In this document: positions 9,429 to 18,740 of the stretch, in pieces
How the letters are laid out: the number at the start of each line of letters is the position of its first letter
Position numbering within the stretch: the stretch's first letter is position 1
From: a virus
Lineage: Duplodnaviria; Caudoviricetes
Reading direction: 5' to 3' (one strand)
IMG/VR virus record: IMGVR_UViG_3300011008_002712
DNA length: 64,000 nucleotides
The notes under the pieces: model-generated
What the model was told of the DNA's origin: nothing
What the model saw: only the letters and a program-made list of their open reading frames with translations
The model's database searches: none
Program-made: the position numbers and the translations under genes

Positions 9429-10844
9429 TCAATCGCAAAGATATTTTACGGCTTCTTTTGCAAGAGAAGAACGCACAACATCTTTTTCGCTTGTTGTAAT
9501 TATAGCACATAATGGTGAGTATTTTAATTTTTCAATCAAATAGCTTAATCCATTTGTTTTTGAATCAAGATATTGATTATCAATTTGTTGAGGATCACCG
9601 CATATAATGACTTTTGTTCCTTGGCCAGCTCTTGTTACTATTGCTTTAGCCGTATTGGGATTTACGTTTTGAGCCTCATCTATGAATATAATATTTCTTT
9701 CAATTGAACGTCCTCTTAGATAACCTATTGCCTGCATGTCAATTAAATTTCTACTAAAAATTTCATTAACTTTTCCCTGCAATTCTTTTTCACTAGAATA
9801 GCGCTCATTTTCATCGCTGTCTACCAATATTGAAATATTATCTATGATTGGTCTCATTAGTGGATCTATTTTTTCTCTTTCTGTACCAGGCAAATATCCA
9901 AGATCATCTTCCATTAATTGATTAGGACGACATATTAACATTTTTCTAAAATGATCTGGATTGTTTTGATTGTATAAACGTTCCAATGAAACAGCAAGGC
10001 TATAAAATGTTTTCGCCGTTCCAGCTGGGCCCTTAATTAATACAAGTGGTGTATCTTTTACAGAATCCATAAGAGCTTCTTGCATAAAAATTTGAGACAC
10101 ATTACGTGGTTTTATATCAAATGGATATTCATTTTGATGTATCAAAGCATTAAGATATTTTTTGCTTTTATTTATTCTCCCAAGAAGCGTAAGTTTTTCA
10201 TAATTATTAGCATTATGCAAAATTACAAATTCATTTGGATAACGTTCAAATTCATAATTTTTGACACATTCATCATCCGTATAAACGATTTGATATACAT
10301 TACATAAAGAAATTGTTTTTTCGTTTGCAAACTTTTCAAACGTTTCTTCGTCTGTGCACAAATCTATAATTCCAGTGTATTGCTCATCTATATTTTTAAC
10401 CGCATCGGTTTTAAAATTTTCATTTTTAATATTCAGATAGTCGGCCTTAATTCCAAGATATATGTCTTGAGTAACTAAAACAACTTCATCATCTGATTCC
10501 ATTAAAGCAAGGCAAGTATTTAATATGTCATTGTCTCTCTTTTTTTCTTCCCAGCCATTCGGAATTTTTGTTTCTCCTTGATAAAATGGATTTTTAACAC
10601 ATAACGTCCCGCCGTTTTCCAGCGATATGCCTTTAAACAAGCTATTATTATTTTTCTCTTTTAAATCTTTTAATTTTCTAGCAACTTCTCTAGCATTAAC
10701 ATTGATTTCTTGATGACCTTTTTTAAAATTATCTAGTTCTTCAATAACGATTTCTGGAATAATGACATCATTATCTTCAAATGCAAATAATGCATTTGGA
10801 TTTTGCAATAAAACATTTGTATCTAATACATATTTTTTTATCAT
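9429..10844 (-). CDS. phoH: PIN-PhoH protein (PhoH2/YlaK type)
   Basis: N-terminal PIN (YVLDTNVLL, EELD, NDIL). PhoH ATPase GPAGTAKT, LGYLPG, YLRGRS, IDEAQN, GDPQQID. Confidence 0.93.
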   Translation of the reverse strand: MIKKYVLDTNVLLQNPNALFAFEDNDVIIPEIVIEELDNFKKGHQEINVNAREVARKLKDLKEKNNNSLFKGISLENGGTLCVKNPFYQGETKIPNGWEEKKRDNDILNTCLALMESDDEVVLVTQDIYLGIKADYLNIKNENFKTDAVKNIDEQYTGIIDLCTDEETFEKFANEKTISLCNVYQIVYTDDECVKNYEFERYPNEFVILHNANNYEKLTLLGRINKSKKYLNALIHQNEYPFDIKPRNVSQIFMQEALMDSVKDTPLVLIKGPAGTAKTFYSLAVSLERLYNQNNPDHFRKMLICRPNQLMEDDLGYLPGTEREKIDPLMRPIIDNISILVDSDENERYSSEKELQGKVNEIFSRNLIDMQAIGYLRGRSIERNIIFIDEAQNVNPNTAKAIVTRAGQGTKVIICGDPQQIDNQYLDSKTNGLSYLIEKLKYSPLCAIITTSEKDVVRSSLAKEAVKYLCD

Positions 10845-10914
10845 TGTTTAGCCGCCTTTATGATTTATTAATCACTTTCTATAAATTAAATAGCTTAAAA
10901 AGAAAAAGAAAATC

Positions 10915-11640
10915 TTATTGTAATTTATTTACAGCATTTTCTAAAAAATCTAATTTTGAATAATTAATTGCTTTTATTACTTTTTTTACAGAACCGTCTT
11001 TTTTTATCCAAGAATCTAAATCTTCTCCTCTTCTCATTAGGTATTGAATATTTTTTACTTTTATTTCGCCATATGTAGAATTTTTTTCTATAGATGTTTT
11101 TGTTCCAATTACACCAGCATCATCTTGGTCATACATAATATTAATTCTATTTGTATATCTAGATGCTATAGCATATTGCGTTTCAGAAAAATGCGCGCCA
11201 AATGTACATGCACAAATTCTTAATCCGTTTTGCCATGCTGTTATAACATCGAATTGACCTTCCGTAAATACAATAGCATTTTCTCTTACAATATCTTTTT
11301 CGTTTTTCCACAATCCGAATAACGTACTTCTAGTTGGAAAAACATAGTGCATATATTTTGGTTTTAAATCATCGTATATACTTCTTCCAGATATTCCAAT
11401 TAAAATTCCATTGCTATTATATACTGGTATCGTTATACGACCATTCATTTTCTTATAAAATTCTTCGCCAGTATTCTTATAGCAATTTGGAATAAAGTGT
11501 TTCGGAGAAAATCCGAGTTCCCATGCCTTAGCAGTAGCAACATTTATATATCTATCTTGAAGATATTTTCTAGCCTTTGCTCCATTTTCACCAAATAGTT
11601 GTTCAATATATTCTTGGTTTTCTTGTTTGTAATTCGGCAT
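10915..11640 (-). CDS. dnaG: DnaG-type DNA primase catalytic core (TOPRIM), without Zn-binding domain
   Basis: YLQDR, GRITIP, GISGR, PKY, EGQFDV, YDQDDAG, EDLD. No CHC2 finger. Confidence 0.85.
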   Translation of the reverse strand: MPNYKQENQEYIEQLFGENGAKARKYLQDRYINVATAKAWELGFSPKHFIPNCYKNTGEEFYKKMNGRITIPVYNSNGILIGISGRSIYDDLKPKYMHYVFPTRSTLFGLWKNEKDIVRENAIVFTEGQFDVITAWQNGLRICACTFGAHFSETQYAIASRYTNRINIMYDQDDAGVIGTKTSIEKNSTYGEIKVKNIQYLMRRGEDLDSWIKKDGSVKKVIKAINYSKLDFLENAVNKLQ

Positions 11641-11685
11641 AATATCACCTAATTTATTTTATTCAGTAAAAAGCATAGGGAAAAG

Positions 11686-11717
11686 GTATTTACTTTTGTT
11701 TTCAATTGTGATAAAAT
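11686..11717 (+). promoter_or_regulatory. Conserved phage promoter
   Basis: GTA-TTTACT-17 nt-TAAAAT with TG extension. Confidence 0.7.
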
Positions 11718-11739
11718 CCAAAATAAAGGAGATGATTGT

Positions 11740-12198
11740 ATGAAAGATTATATGACTAGTGATGGAAAACACACTGTAAAAGAACTTATGGATTTTATGA
11801 TTTCTGGTAAACATAGATTTTTTTTCGGAAAAATAAGAACCAACAACGATAAATATGATAACCCGTCTATTGTCGCAGATCAAGTAATTGGAATGACATT
11901 AGTAAGACCAAACCTTACATTTTATTATGACAAAGAAAGCAATGATATTTTTGCTATTGGAAAAGCAAATCAATTTTTAAACGCATGCTATGAATTGCTT
12001 TATCTTGACTATCATCTAAACGATTGTTTTTTAGTACCGGAATTAAATGGGAAAACATTAGATGAAGAAAGTGGAGATGATGAAAATATTGACTATGTAT
12101 CATCTGCGAAACTTCAAAAGCTTGTATGCACAATGCAATTATATAAGACAGACGACAAAGAAATCATTGAATATTTGAAAAACAACCAATTACTGTAA
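11740..12198 (+). CDS. Hypothetical protein
   Basis: 152-aa ORF with AAGGAG RBS. Confidence 0.7.
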   Translation: MKDYMTSDGKHTVKELMDFMISGKHRFFFGKIRTNNDKYDNPSIVADQVIGMTLVRPNLTFYYDKESNDIFAIGKANQFLNACYELLYLDYHLNDCFLVPELNGKTLDEESGDDENIDYVSSAKLQKLVCTMQLYKTDDKEIIEYLKNNQLL

Positions 12199-12229
12199 GA
12201 TTTTAAAGCATTGCTAAATAAAAAATTTT

Positions 12230-12267
12230 AAAATAAAGAGAATACATGCATGTATTCTCTTTATTTT
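12230..12267. repeat. Perfect 38-bp palindrome (terminator or operator)
   Basis: AAAATAAAGAGAATACATG|CATGTATTCTCTTTATTTT. Confidence 0.85.
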
Positions 12268-12288
12268 CATTTTGAGGGAGTGATATAT

Positions 12289-12636
12289 ATGCAAGACTTC
12301 TCTACAATGGATCTAGATTCCATGATGAAAGATATAATAGATATTTTTAATCTTGAAGGAGTGGAGCTTGTACGTCTTAGCGGGCTTCATAAAAGAGCTC
12401 TTCGTATAAGTAATTGCCAGTCTCTTGATAGAGATATGCTTGATCGTATAATACATAAATTAAAGCGACAAGGAATTATTCATTATGACTATATTTTAAA
12501 ATGTCCTCGTTGTAATGAATTGACATACCAAATCGCTAAACGAGAATCTCCAACGAAAATAAAACTATGTGATACATGCAAAAGTTTGTATATACCAACA
12601 AAAAATATATCTTTATTTGAATTAAAAGAGGAGTAA
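12289..12636 (+). CDS. Zn-ribbon protein
   Basis: CPRC...CDTC; GAGGGAG RBS before ATG at 12289. Confidence 0.7.
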   Translation: MQDFSTMDLDSMMKDIIDIFNLEGVELVRLSGLHKRALRISNCQSLDRDMLDRIIHKLKRQGIIHYDYILKCPRCNELTYQIAKRESPTKIKLCDTCKSLYIPTKNISLFELKEE

Positions 12637-12888
12637 TTATACTCCTCTTTTAAGCATTTTATTTACTTTTTGTAAAGCTTCACGTTCATTCTTACCAGTA
12701 ATGAATAGTGAAGCTGTTTTATTGGGATGAAGTTCGAGCTGGAGCAATGACATCATGCTTTTAGTTGTCCCTTCTTTATCATTGGATATAATTTTTATTT
12801 CACATCCAGTTTCTTTTGCAATTTTTACTAATTTCGCGCACTCTCTTAAACAAAAATGACTTTCAATAACTATAGGTTTGTGAAACAT
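12637..12888 (-). CDS. HPr/Crh-like phosphocarrier homolog (His15 replaced by Cys, Ser46 retained)
   Basis: 83 aa with the HPr pattern FCLRECAKLVKIAK...EIKI...TKSMMSLLQLEL...ITGKNEREAL. GAGGT RBS. Confidence 0.8.
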   Translation of the reverse strand: MFHKPIVIESHFCLRECAKLVKIAKETGCEIKIISNDKEGTTKSMMSLLQLELHPNKTASLFITGKNEREALQKVNKMLKRGV

Positions 12889-12959
12889 TCTCTACCACCT
12901 CTCATTGAATTGTCGAAATGTTTTCACGGACTCTAATAAAATAGTCAAAAGAAAGCATT

Positions 12960-13733
12960 TTATTTCTCGTTTAGCGCCGAATTCAAAATTATATTGTCTT
13001 GAAGCTCATTTCCCCAATGATCCCATCCCTCGAAATCTTGTCTTGCAAATAATTCTAAATAAGGAGGATAACTGACTCTTTCTATCATTATTCGCATTTC
13101 TTGTGGTTTTCTAGAATGTATAGTGCGCGGGGCAACAAACCCTGTCAAACCTTGTATTCGTTTGCCATCATTGTTTGTTTTATATGGCAAATTGCCTTTT
13201 ACACCAAACAAACAACTTTCAGTAACTCCTCTAAAATATTGTCCTAATCCAGGATTATCGTATTTTTCAATAACATTATCTTCATCTAAGTCTATTGGTT
13301 TTTCTTTTTTAACATGAATTCCTTGGTCTTTCAAATAGTTTTTTATGATGATTTCATCATTTCCACTAAAATTAGCTATACTTTGAATAGTATATCCAGC
13401 ATTATAGAGATTTACATAATCATTTTCGTCTATAACATCTTTTTTCAAAAACCAATGAATGTACTCATTAATGGGAGAACGTCCTTTAAACCAAGTTATC
13501 ATTGTTTTATACTTAAATCCCCAAGCTTTCATTACATCTAACCCATCTTGAAGAAAAGCATTAGTTACCCAAAGATAAAGATGGCAATTATCATCAATTA
13601 AATTTTGTATCGGCAAATTAATAATGTCTTTTGTTTTCATCAAAGGATAATGTTTATTGGCGCCACGTTTAATTTTACCTCCACCTTTTTCCATCCATGG
13701 AGGATCTGCGTATATTGTTTTATATCTTTTCAT
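12960..13733 (-). CDS. MT-A70 family N6-adenine methyltransferase with internal insertion
   Basis: IYADPPW, HYPLM, LYLWVT, AWGF, GLGQYFRG, TE, HSRKP, YLELFAR, GWDHWGNE. Confidence 0.92.
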   Translation of the reverse strand: MKRYKTIYADPPWMEKGGGKIKRGANKHYPLMKTKDIINLPIQNLIDDNCHLYLWVTNAFLQDGLDVMKAWGFKYKTMITWFKGRSPINEYIHWFLKKDVIDENDYVNLYNAGYTIQSIANFSGNDEIIIKNYLKDQGIHVKKEKPIDLDEDNVIEKYDNPGLGQYFRGVTESCLFGVKGNLPYKTNNDGKRIQGLTGFVAPRTIHSRKPQEMRIMIERVSYPPYLELFARQDFEGWDHWGNELQDNIILNSALNEK

Positions 13734-13740
13734 ATTTCTA

Positions 13741-14268
13741 TCACCTAACATTTTTTGAATTGCTAACTATTTGTCTTCTAGCAAATTTTATGAATTTTTT
13801 AATTAATGCTTTATGATTAAATGCCCATTTATAGTCATCTATATCGCTTATTGGAACAAATTTTATTTCTGATACTTCGTTTTGTTCACCTCCACGATCT
13901 TTTACAACTAAATTGGTTTGATATGGAACAACCCCAACGAGTCGCATAGTAACATTTTGTCTTTCTTTTTCTGAAGGCGTTGCATAATTACAATCATGTA
14001 CGCTCATCAAAGACAGACTTCTAGGAGAAACACTTACTCCTGTTTCTTCCATTACTTCTCGACAAGCGCATTCTTTCAATGTTTCATCATAGTCCAAATA
14101 ACCACATGGGCAATTCCAATATCCTTGAAAATCTGGCGTACCAGAGCCACGTTTATTAGCTAAAACATATAATTTTCCATCATGTTCTGCATATAAAAAA
14201 ACAGCGACAGCAATTGAACGACTAATCCAATATGTTTTTCCATCAACTTCAACAGAAAAATTTTTCAT
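13741..14268 (-). CDS. NUDIX hydrolase
   Basis: Nudix box GYLDYDETLKECACREVMEETG; WAFNH. Confidence 0.92.
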   Translation of the reverse strand: MKNFSVEVDGKTYWISRSIAVAVFLYAEHDGKLYVLANKRGSGTPDFQGYWNCPCGYLDYDETLKECACREVMEETGVSVSPRSLSLMSVHDCNYATPSEKERQNVTMRLVGVVPYQTNLVVKDRGGEQNEVSEIKFVPISDIDDYKWAFNHKALIKKFIKFARRQIVSNSKNVR

Positions 14269-14451
14269 GATTTCTCCTCTTTTCTCTTAATAAAAATTCT
14301 AACAATATATTTTATTAAATTGTTTTTTACTAAAAAATGAAAATGCATAAAAACACAAAAATAATTATATTCGAAAATGTCAAAAAATGCAATATCAAAA
14401 ATTTTTTTTGTTATAGAATGACTTATAACAGATTAAAGGAGTGAACTTTTT

Positions 14452-15666
14452 TTGCAACAAATAGATGAAAAAATGAAAAAAGCTAAATTAGCGGCTGTTA
14501 GAAAAGCAATGAAAAATTTGGAAAAGATAACTAAAAAAGAAAATCTAGTCCAAATTTATGGTGAGAGTTCTCCCATCAAATATGAATGTATTCCAACTGG
14601 ATTTTTGACATTAGACGCTGCATGTACGCAATATGGTGTTCCAAGAGGAAGAGCTATTGAGCTTTTTGGTGCAGAAAGTAGCGGAAAGTCACTTATTTGT
14701 CAAAAAATCATGGCAGCAGCGCAAAGACAAGGTGGATTGGCTTGTTATGTTGATATGGAATGCACTTTAGATCCTGATTTCGCCGAAAAACTTGGCGTTA
14801 ACATGGACGAACTAATTGTGTCTCAACCTGGAAGCCTTCAAGAAGCATTTGTTGTTATTGACCAAATGGTAGATGCTGGAGTTGACGTTGTTGTATTAGA
14901 TTCAATTGCAGCTTTAGTACCTAAAGAAGAACTCGAAGCCGAAGTTGGAAAACAAACAGTTGGTCTGGTTGCAAGATATATGTCACAATTTTTGCGCCGT
15001 ATTACAAAGAAACTTGCAGATAAAAAATCAATTTTATTACTTGTAAATCAAGTGCGTCAAGCAATCGGTGTAATGTATGGAGATCCTACTACGACCCCTG
15101 GGGGCAAAGCGACAGCGTTTTATTCATCCCTTAGATTAAGAGTATCTCGTCCTGCAAATGGTTATATTAAGGTTAAAAATTCATCAGGAGAAGAAGAAAT
15201 TATTGGTACTACTGTAAGAGTAAAAGTAGTTAAAAATAAAACAGCTCCTCCTTATAGAACAGCAGAATTTAAAGTTTATTTTGATGGTCGAAAAGTTGAT
15301 GATTCAGATGAAATCGCAGATATTGCAATAGCGCGTTCATTAATTCCTCGTTATAATTCTAAAGGCGAATTAACTGAAACTGGTCGCTTTTATAAATGGC
15401 CAGACGAACCAGATTTCTTAGCAAAAAAGAAAGATGATGTTGCAGAACAAATTCGTAAATTCCCTAACGTTAAAGAAACATTACTCAAAATTATCAAAGA
15501 AGGTAGTTATGCAGAACACGCATATACTTATGGTGATAATGAAATTGAAGATGATGATTTTGATTCAATTGTTGATGAACCCGATGAAGAAGAACTTGCT
15601 AAAGAAATAAGCATTTCAGAAGCAGAAGGTGACAATGGGTTAGATTGGGGAGCAAGTGATGATTAA
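14452..15666 (+). CDS. recA: RecA recombinase (phage)
   Basis: IPTG, GAESSGKS, VSQP, VVLDSIAAL, NQVR, TTPGG, FYSSLRL, VVKNKTAPP; long acidic tail. Confidence 0.96.
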   Translation: MQQIDEKMKKAKLAAVRKAMKNLEKITKKENLVQIYGESSPIKYECIPTGFLTLDAACTQYGVPRGRAIELFGAESSGKSLICQKIMAAAQRQGGLACYVDMECTLDPDFAEKLGVNMDELIVSQPGSLQEAFVVIDQMVDAGVDVVVLDSIAALVPKEELEAEVGKQTVGLVARYMSQFLRRITKKLADKKSILLLVNQVRQAIGVMYGDPTTTPGGKATAFYSSLRLRVSRPANGYIKVKNSSGEEEIIGTTVRVKVVKNKTAPPYRTAEFKVYFDGRKVDDSDEIADIAIARSLIPRYNSKGELTETGRFYKWPDEPDFLAKKKDDVAEQIRKFPNVKETLLKIIKEGSYAEHAYTYGDNEIEDDDFDSIVDEPDEEELAKEISISEAEGDNGLDWGASDD

Positions 15667-15692
15667 AGAGGCGAATATTTGCCTCTTTTTTT
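15665..15692 (+). terminator. Intrinsic terminator after recA
   Basis: AAAGAGGCGAA/TTTGCCTCTTT followed by T tract. Confidence 0.75.
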
Positions 15693-15698
15693 ATAAAT

Positions 15699-15730
15699 CT
15701 ATTTACATTTATTGAGCAATGTGTTACAAT
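15699..15730 (+). promoter_or_regulatory. Conserved phage promoter
   Basis: CTA-TTTACA-17 nt-TACAAT with TG extension. Confidence 0.75.
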
Positions 15731-15786
15731 AATTTTAAGAACTGCTTTTTAAACTTTTTCGTTTGTAAAATAGAAAGGACAAAATT

Positions 15787-15996
15787 ATGACAAATGGAGA
15801 TGTTATTAAAAAATTTTTTAACGTTACGGACATAAAATTCTATAGCAATTTAAGTGGATGGAAAAGCGTTGAAGTTAAATTTGAAGACGATAATTTTCTT
15901 GGAGGAGTTTACGCAACACATACATTTTCCAGAGAATGGTGGGATTCTGAAAATTTGCAAATCGTAGAATATCGATTAAAAATGATACAAAAATGA
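15787..15996 (+). CDS. Hypothetical protein
   Basis: 69-aa ORF with AAGGA RBS and its own promoter. Confidence 0.65.
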   Translation: MTNGDVIKKFFNVTDIKFYSNLSGWKSVEVKFEDDNFLGGVYATHTFSREWWDSENLQIVEYRLKMIQK

Positions 15997-16001
15997 GCTC
16001 G

Positions 16002-16559
16002 TTAAGAGCTCTTTTTATTTAATTTTGGATAAACGTGTTTGCCATACTGTTTGATGTTTTGCATAAAATCCCATGGATCCATGTTAATACATGGAAATCT
16101 CATGTATTTCCAGACGTTGATTATTTTATAATTTCCGTATTGTCTAAACAAATTTGCATAGTAATTTATCATCTCAAATTCATTTATAAATTTTTTTATT
16201 CCAACATAACTTTTCCAAGATGATTCAAATAAATAAACAAAGTCATTTAACATATAAGCTAACCATGTATGATTAGATTCATCTTCACTTTCAACATAGT
16301 AACAACATACCATTTCGTTACGCAATGCGTTTTTAGTATGGATAAATCCATGTTTCATAAACCAGATAATTTCATAATTAGTGTAATCCCAGCATGTTCC
16401 GATTTTATTTTTTAAGAATTTATTGTTGCTTAGTAATTGATAGTTTTCAAAATTATCAGTTTCAACTACATTTTTCCCGTTTTCATCTGGATAACCCCAT
16501 TCAAATTGATTTAATGTGTTATTCAATTTTTTTATTTCTTCGCATATATTGTTATTCAT
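16002..16559 (-). CDS. Transglutaminase/papain-like fold protein
   Basis: GTCWD...HTWL...FESSW gives a candidate Cys-His-Glu triad. Confidence 0.6.
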   Translation of the reverse strand: MNNNICEEIKKLNNTLNQFEWGYPDENGKNVVETDNFENYQLLSNNKFLKNKIGTCWDYTNYEIIWFMKHGFIHTKNALRNEMVCCYYVESEDESNHTWLAYMLNDFVYLFESSWKSYVGIKKFINEFEMINYYANLFRQYGNYKIINVWKYMRFPCINMDPWDFMQNIKQYGKHVYPKLNKKSS

Positions 16560-16583
16560 TTTTTTCTCCTTAAAAAGGAACTC

Positions 16584-17111
16584 TTATTTGAGTTCCTTTA
16601 TATACTTTGGACAAACATATTCTACTAACCAAACATTGTTTTCAGATAGATAAAAATCAATATTATCGTTTAACATTGATTTAGAATCGATTAGAAGAAT
16701 AACGCTTTCTCCTTTTCTTCTATCTGCTACTTTTTTTGCCGTATCAATATCATTAGACAAATGAACATAAAGTCTATTCATTGGCTTTAATCCTTGCTTA
16801 TAAATAGAAGGCAAAAATTGTTTTTTAGTTCCATGATATAGCACAACTGGAGGAATTGATTTTTTTAATTGAACATCTACTTTTATAGAATGACCTTGAT
16901 TTGCTCTAATCTTAGACTTATCATTATTGAATGAATAACGTTTCTTGTTATCATTTTCAACGATGTATTCTAAATCTTGTACAGAAATTTTCATGCCTTT
17001 TATGATTTCGTCAACATTCGCCCACCCATACTTATCTAATTTAATATTAATTTTTTCTGGTTTGTGACGTAATACTAAAGCAAGAAATTTGCTCATTTCT
17101 GTATAGTCCAT
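16584..17111 (-). CDS. kptA: RNA 2'-phosphotransferase (Tpt1/KptA)
   Basis: SKFLALVLRH, KKRY, IRANQGHS, LYHGT, RLYVHLS, NNVWL. Confidence 0.95.
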   Translation of the reverse strand: MDYTEMSKFLALVLRHKPEKINIKLDKYGWANVDEIIKGMKISVQDLEYIVENDNKKRYSFNNDKSKIRANQGHSIKVDVQLKKSIPPVVLYHGTKKQFLPSIYKQGLKPMNRLYVHLSNDIDTAKKVADRRKGESVILLIDSKSMLNDNIDFYLSENNVWLVEYVCPKYIKELK

Positions 17112-17113
17112 AA

Positions 17114-17413
17114 TTATTTTACTCCAATCTCTGCATAAAACACATCATCAAGACAGTCATTAATTATTTTAATAAGATAAACTTTTTTAAATTGTTTTTT
17201 TAACGATGATACAAGAATTTTTAAATCATTAAAATAATTTTCCCAATCACCATTTCCATTTAATCCACCTGTTACTTCCACAATGGAATGCGTTTCTTCG
17301 TTTTCAATGATTTGAAAAAATTGAAGTTTAGTATTATCTAATGACGTATCTAAAATTGCTGTTTCAAATTTTCCCCATAATTCTTCATAAGAATATCTCA
17401 TGTTAATCCTCAT
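17114..17413 (-). CDS. Hypothetical protein
   Basis: ORF in operon; GGLNGNGDW segment. Confidence 0.65.
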   Translation of the reverse strand: MRINMRYSYEELWGKFETAILDTSLDNTKLQFFQIIENEETHSIVEVTGGLNGNGDWENYFNDLKILVSSLKKQFKKVYLIKIINDCLDDVFYAEIGVK

Positions 17414-17414
17414 T

Positions 17415-18107
17415 TCAGTATTTAATAAAGAACCTAACGTTGTTTGATGTTATTAAATTTGGAACCCTAAACGTAATTAGTTCATCGCCTTTGCTATAAA
17501 AATCAACATTATTGTTTTCATTGAATTTTTCTTGCCAATCTTCTTCGTTCAAAATATTTGTCTGTGTATATGCGAAATTAAACAAATTTGGATATTTGTC
17601 TCTCATCAATTCATCGCCATTTGCTTCGATATATCCACTTGGAACCGAATGTGTTATCATTTGTATAATTGAACCCACTGGAGCAGAATATGTTATCGAA
17701 GTTGGAACTGACGGTTGAGATGGTGTGCTTGGTTGTATTCCCGTAACAGATTGCCCATTAATCAACAAATCGCCATTTAAACTAATAATGACCTTCTCAT
17801 TATTCCTGCCAGTAATAAATAAATTGTTTGTATCTAAATTATTGTTTTCTGCAACTATATAGTTTTTATTGTTTCCAGCAACAAATTTAATTAAAGAATT
17901 ATTGCTTTCTACTGTCAAACCAGTTGAATTTTGATTAGTTTTTATTTTTTGTTCTTTTAAATCTGTTCGCAAAAATTTTTCTATTGATAGTCCACAAAAT
18001 TTTAAAGCATTTTCTATAACGCCTACAACCTTATGAGTATGATTTTTGTCTGCTTTCTCAAGAATCATGTTATATAATTTTTGTAAGCTAAGTTCTTGTT
18101 TAGCCAA
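17415..18107 (-). CDS. Tail-collar domain protein
   Basis: PVGSII...VPSGYIEANG...YPNLF...TFRVPNL collar motif. Confidence 0.8.
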   Translation of the reverse strand: MAKQELSLQKLYNMILEKADKNHTHKVVGVIENALKFCGLSIEKFLRTDLKEQKIKTNQNSTGLTVESNNSLIKFVAGNNKNYIVAENNNLDTNNLFITGRNNEKVIISLNGDLLINGQSVTGIQPSTPSQPSVPTSITYSAPVGSIIQMITHSVPSGYIEANGDELMRDKYPNLFNFAYTQTNILNEEDWQEKFNENNNVDFYSKGDELITFRVPNLITSNNVRFFIKY

Positions 18108-18108
18108 T

Positions 18109-18654
18109 TTAAATCACCCGCTCTATTATTTCGTAAATCTCCTTCCAATTATTGGCTTCGTATGTAGATAACGAATCTGTATTGTAAGGATGATTCATTT
18201 TAATTGTTTTTATTTTATTTAAATAAAGATCGTGCAAATGCATTGGACAATCTTCAATCATGATATCTATTTTTTCTTTAATGCATGTTTTTACTTTATC
18301 GTGATTATCAAAACTTAAATAATGAAAATCATCAATAAAAAAATTATTTAATGATAACCATTCTAAAGTTGTTTTATAATATTTATTAAAATTTCTCGCT
18401 GTTATAATAAATATAACGTGACGTTTATTACTTAATCTATGTATAACATCTTGTACATCATCTAGAGGTTTGACATCATACACAAAGGCACGCTTATTAT
18501 TGATTTCAAATTCTTCTATTTGTTCTTTTGTCATTCCAGTGAACAACTCGTATTTATCATATTGAGGTTTTATTCCATACTGCTGTTCAAGTAATGGTTT
18601 TAACACTTCATCTAAATTATTCATTGTCCCATCTATATCAATTCCAATCTTCAA
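18109..18654 (-). CDS. HAD-family 5'(3')-deoxyribonucleotidase (NT5C-like)
   Basis: IGIDIDGT, IITAR, K...IDIMIEDCP, PYN. Confidence 0.88.
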   Translation of the reverse strand: MKIGIDIDGTMNNLDEVLKPLLEQQYGIKPQYDKYELFTGMTKEQIEEFEINNKRAFVYDVKPLDDVQDVIHRLSNKRHVIFIITARNFNKYYKTTLEWLSLNNFFIDDFHYLSFDNHDKVKTCIKEKIDIMIEDCPMHLHDLYLNKIKTIKMNHPYNTDSLSTYEANNWKEIYEIIERVI

Positions 18655-18669
18655 TTCAATTCGTCCTTT

Positions 18670-18701
18670 CTATTTACATAGTCTAAATTTTATGGTAGAA
18701 T
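18670..18701 (+). promoter_or_regulatory. Conserved phage promoter driving the thg1 operon
   Basis: CTA-TTTACA-17 nt-TAGAAT with TG extension. Confidence 0.75.
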
Positions 18702-18740
18702 TATAATATAAAAATTAAATAAAAGATAGGAGTTTTTGTT

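Noticed and set aside
13260-13481. Mini-intein in the methyltransferase
   Set aside because: No N-terminal Cys/Ser block A, no TxxH and no HN|C/S/T end.
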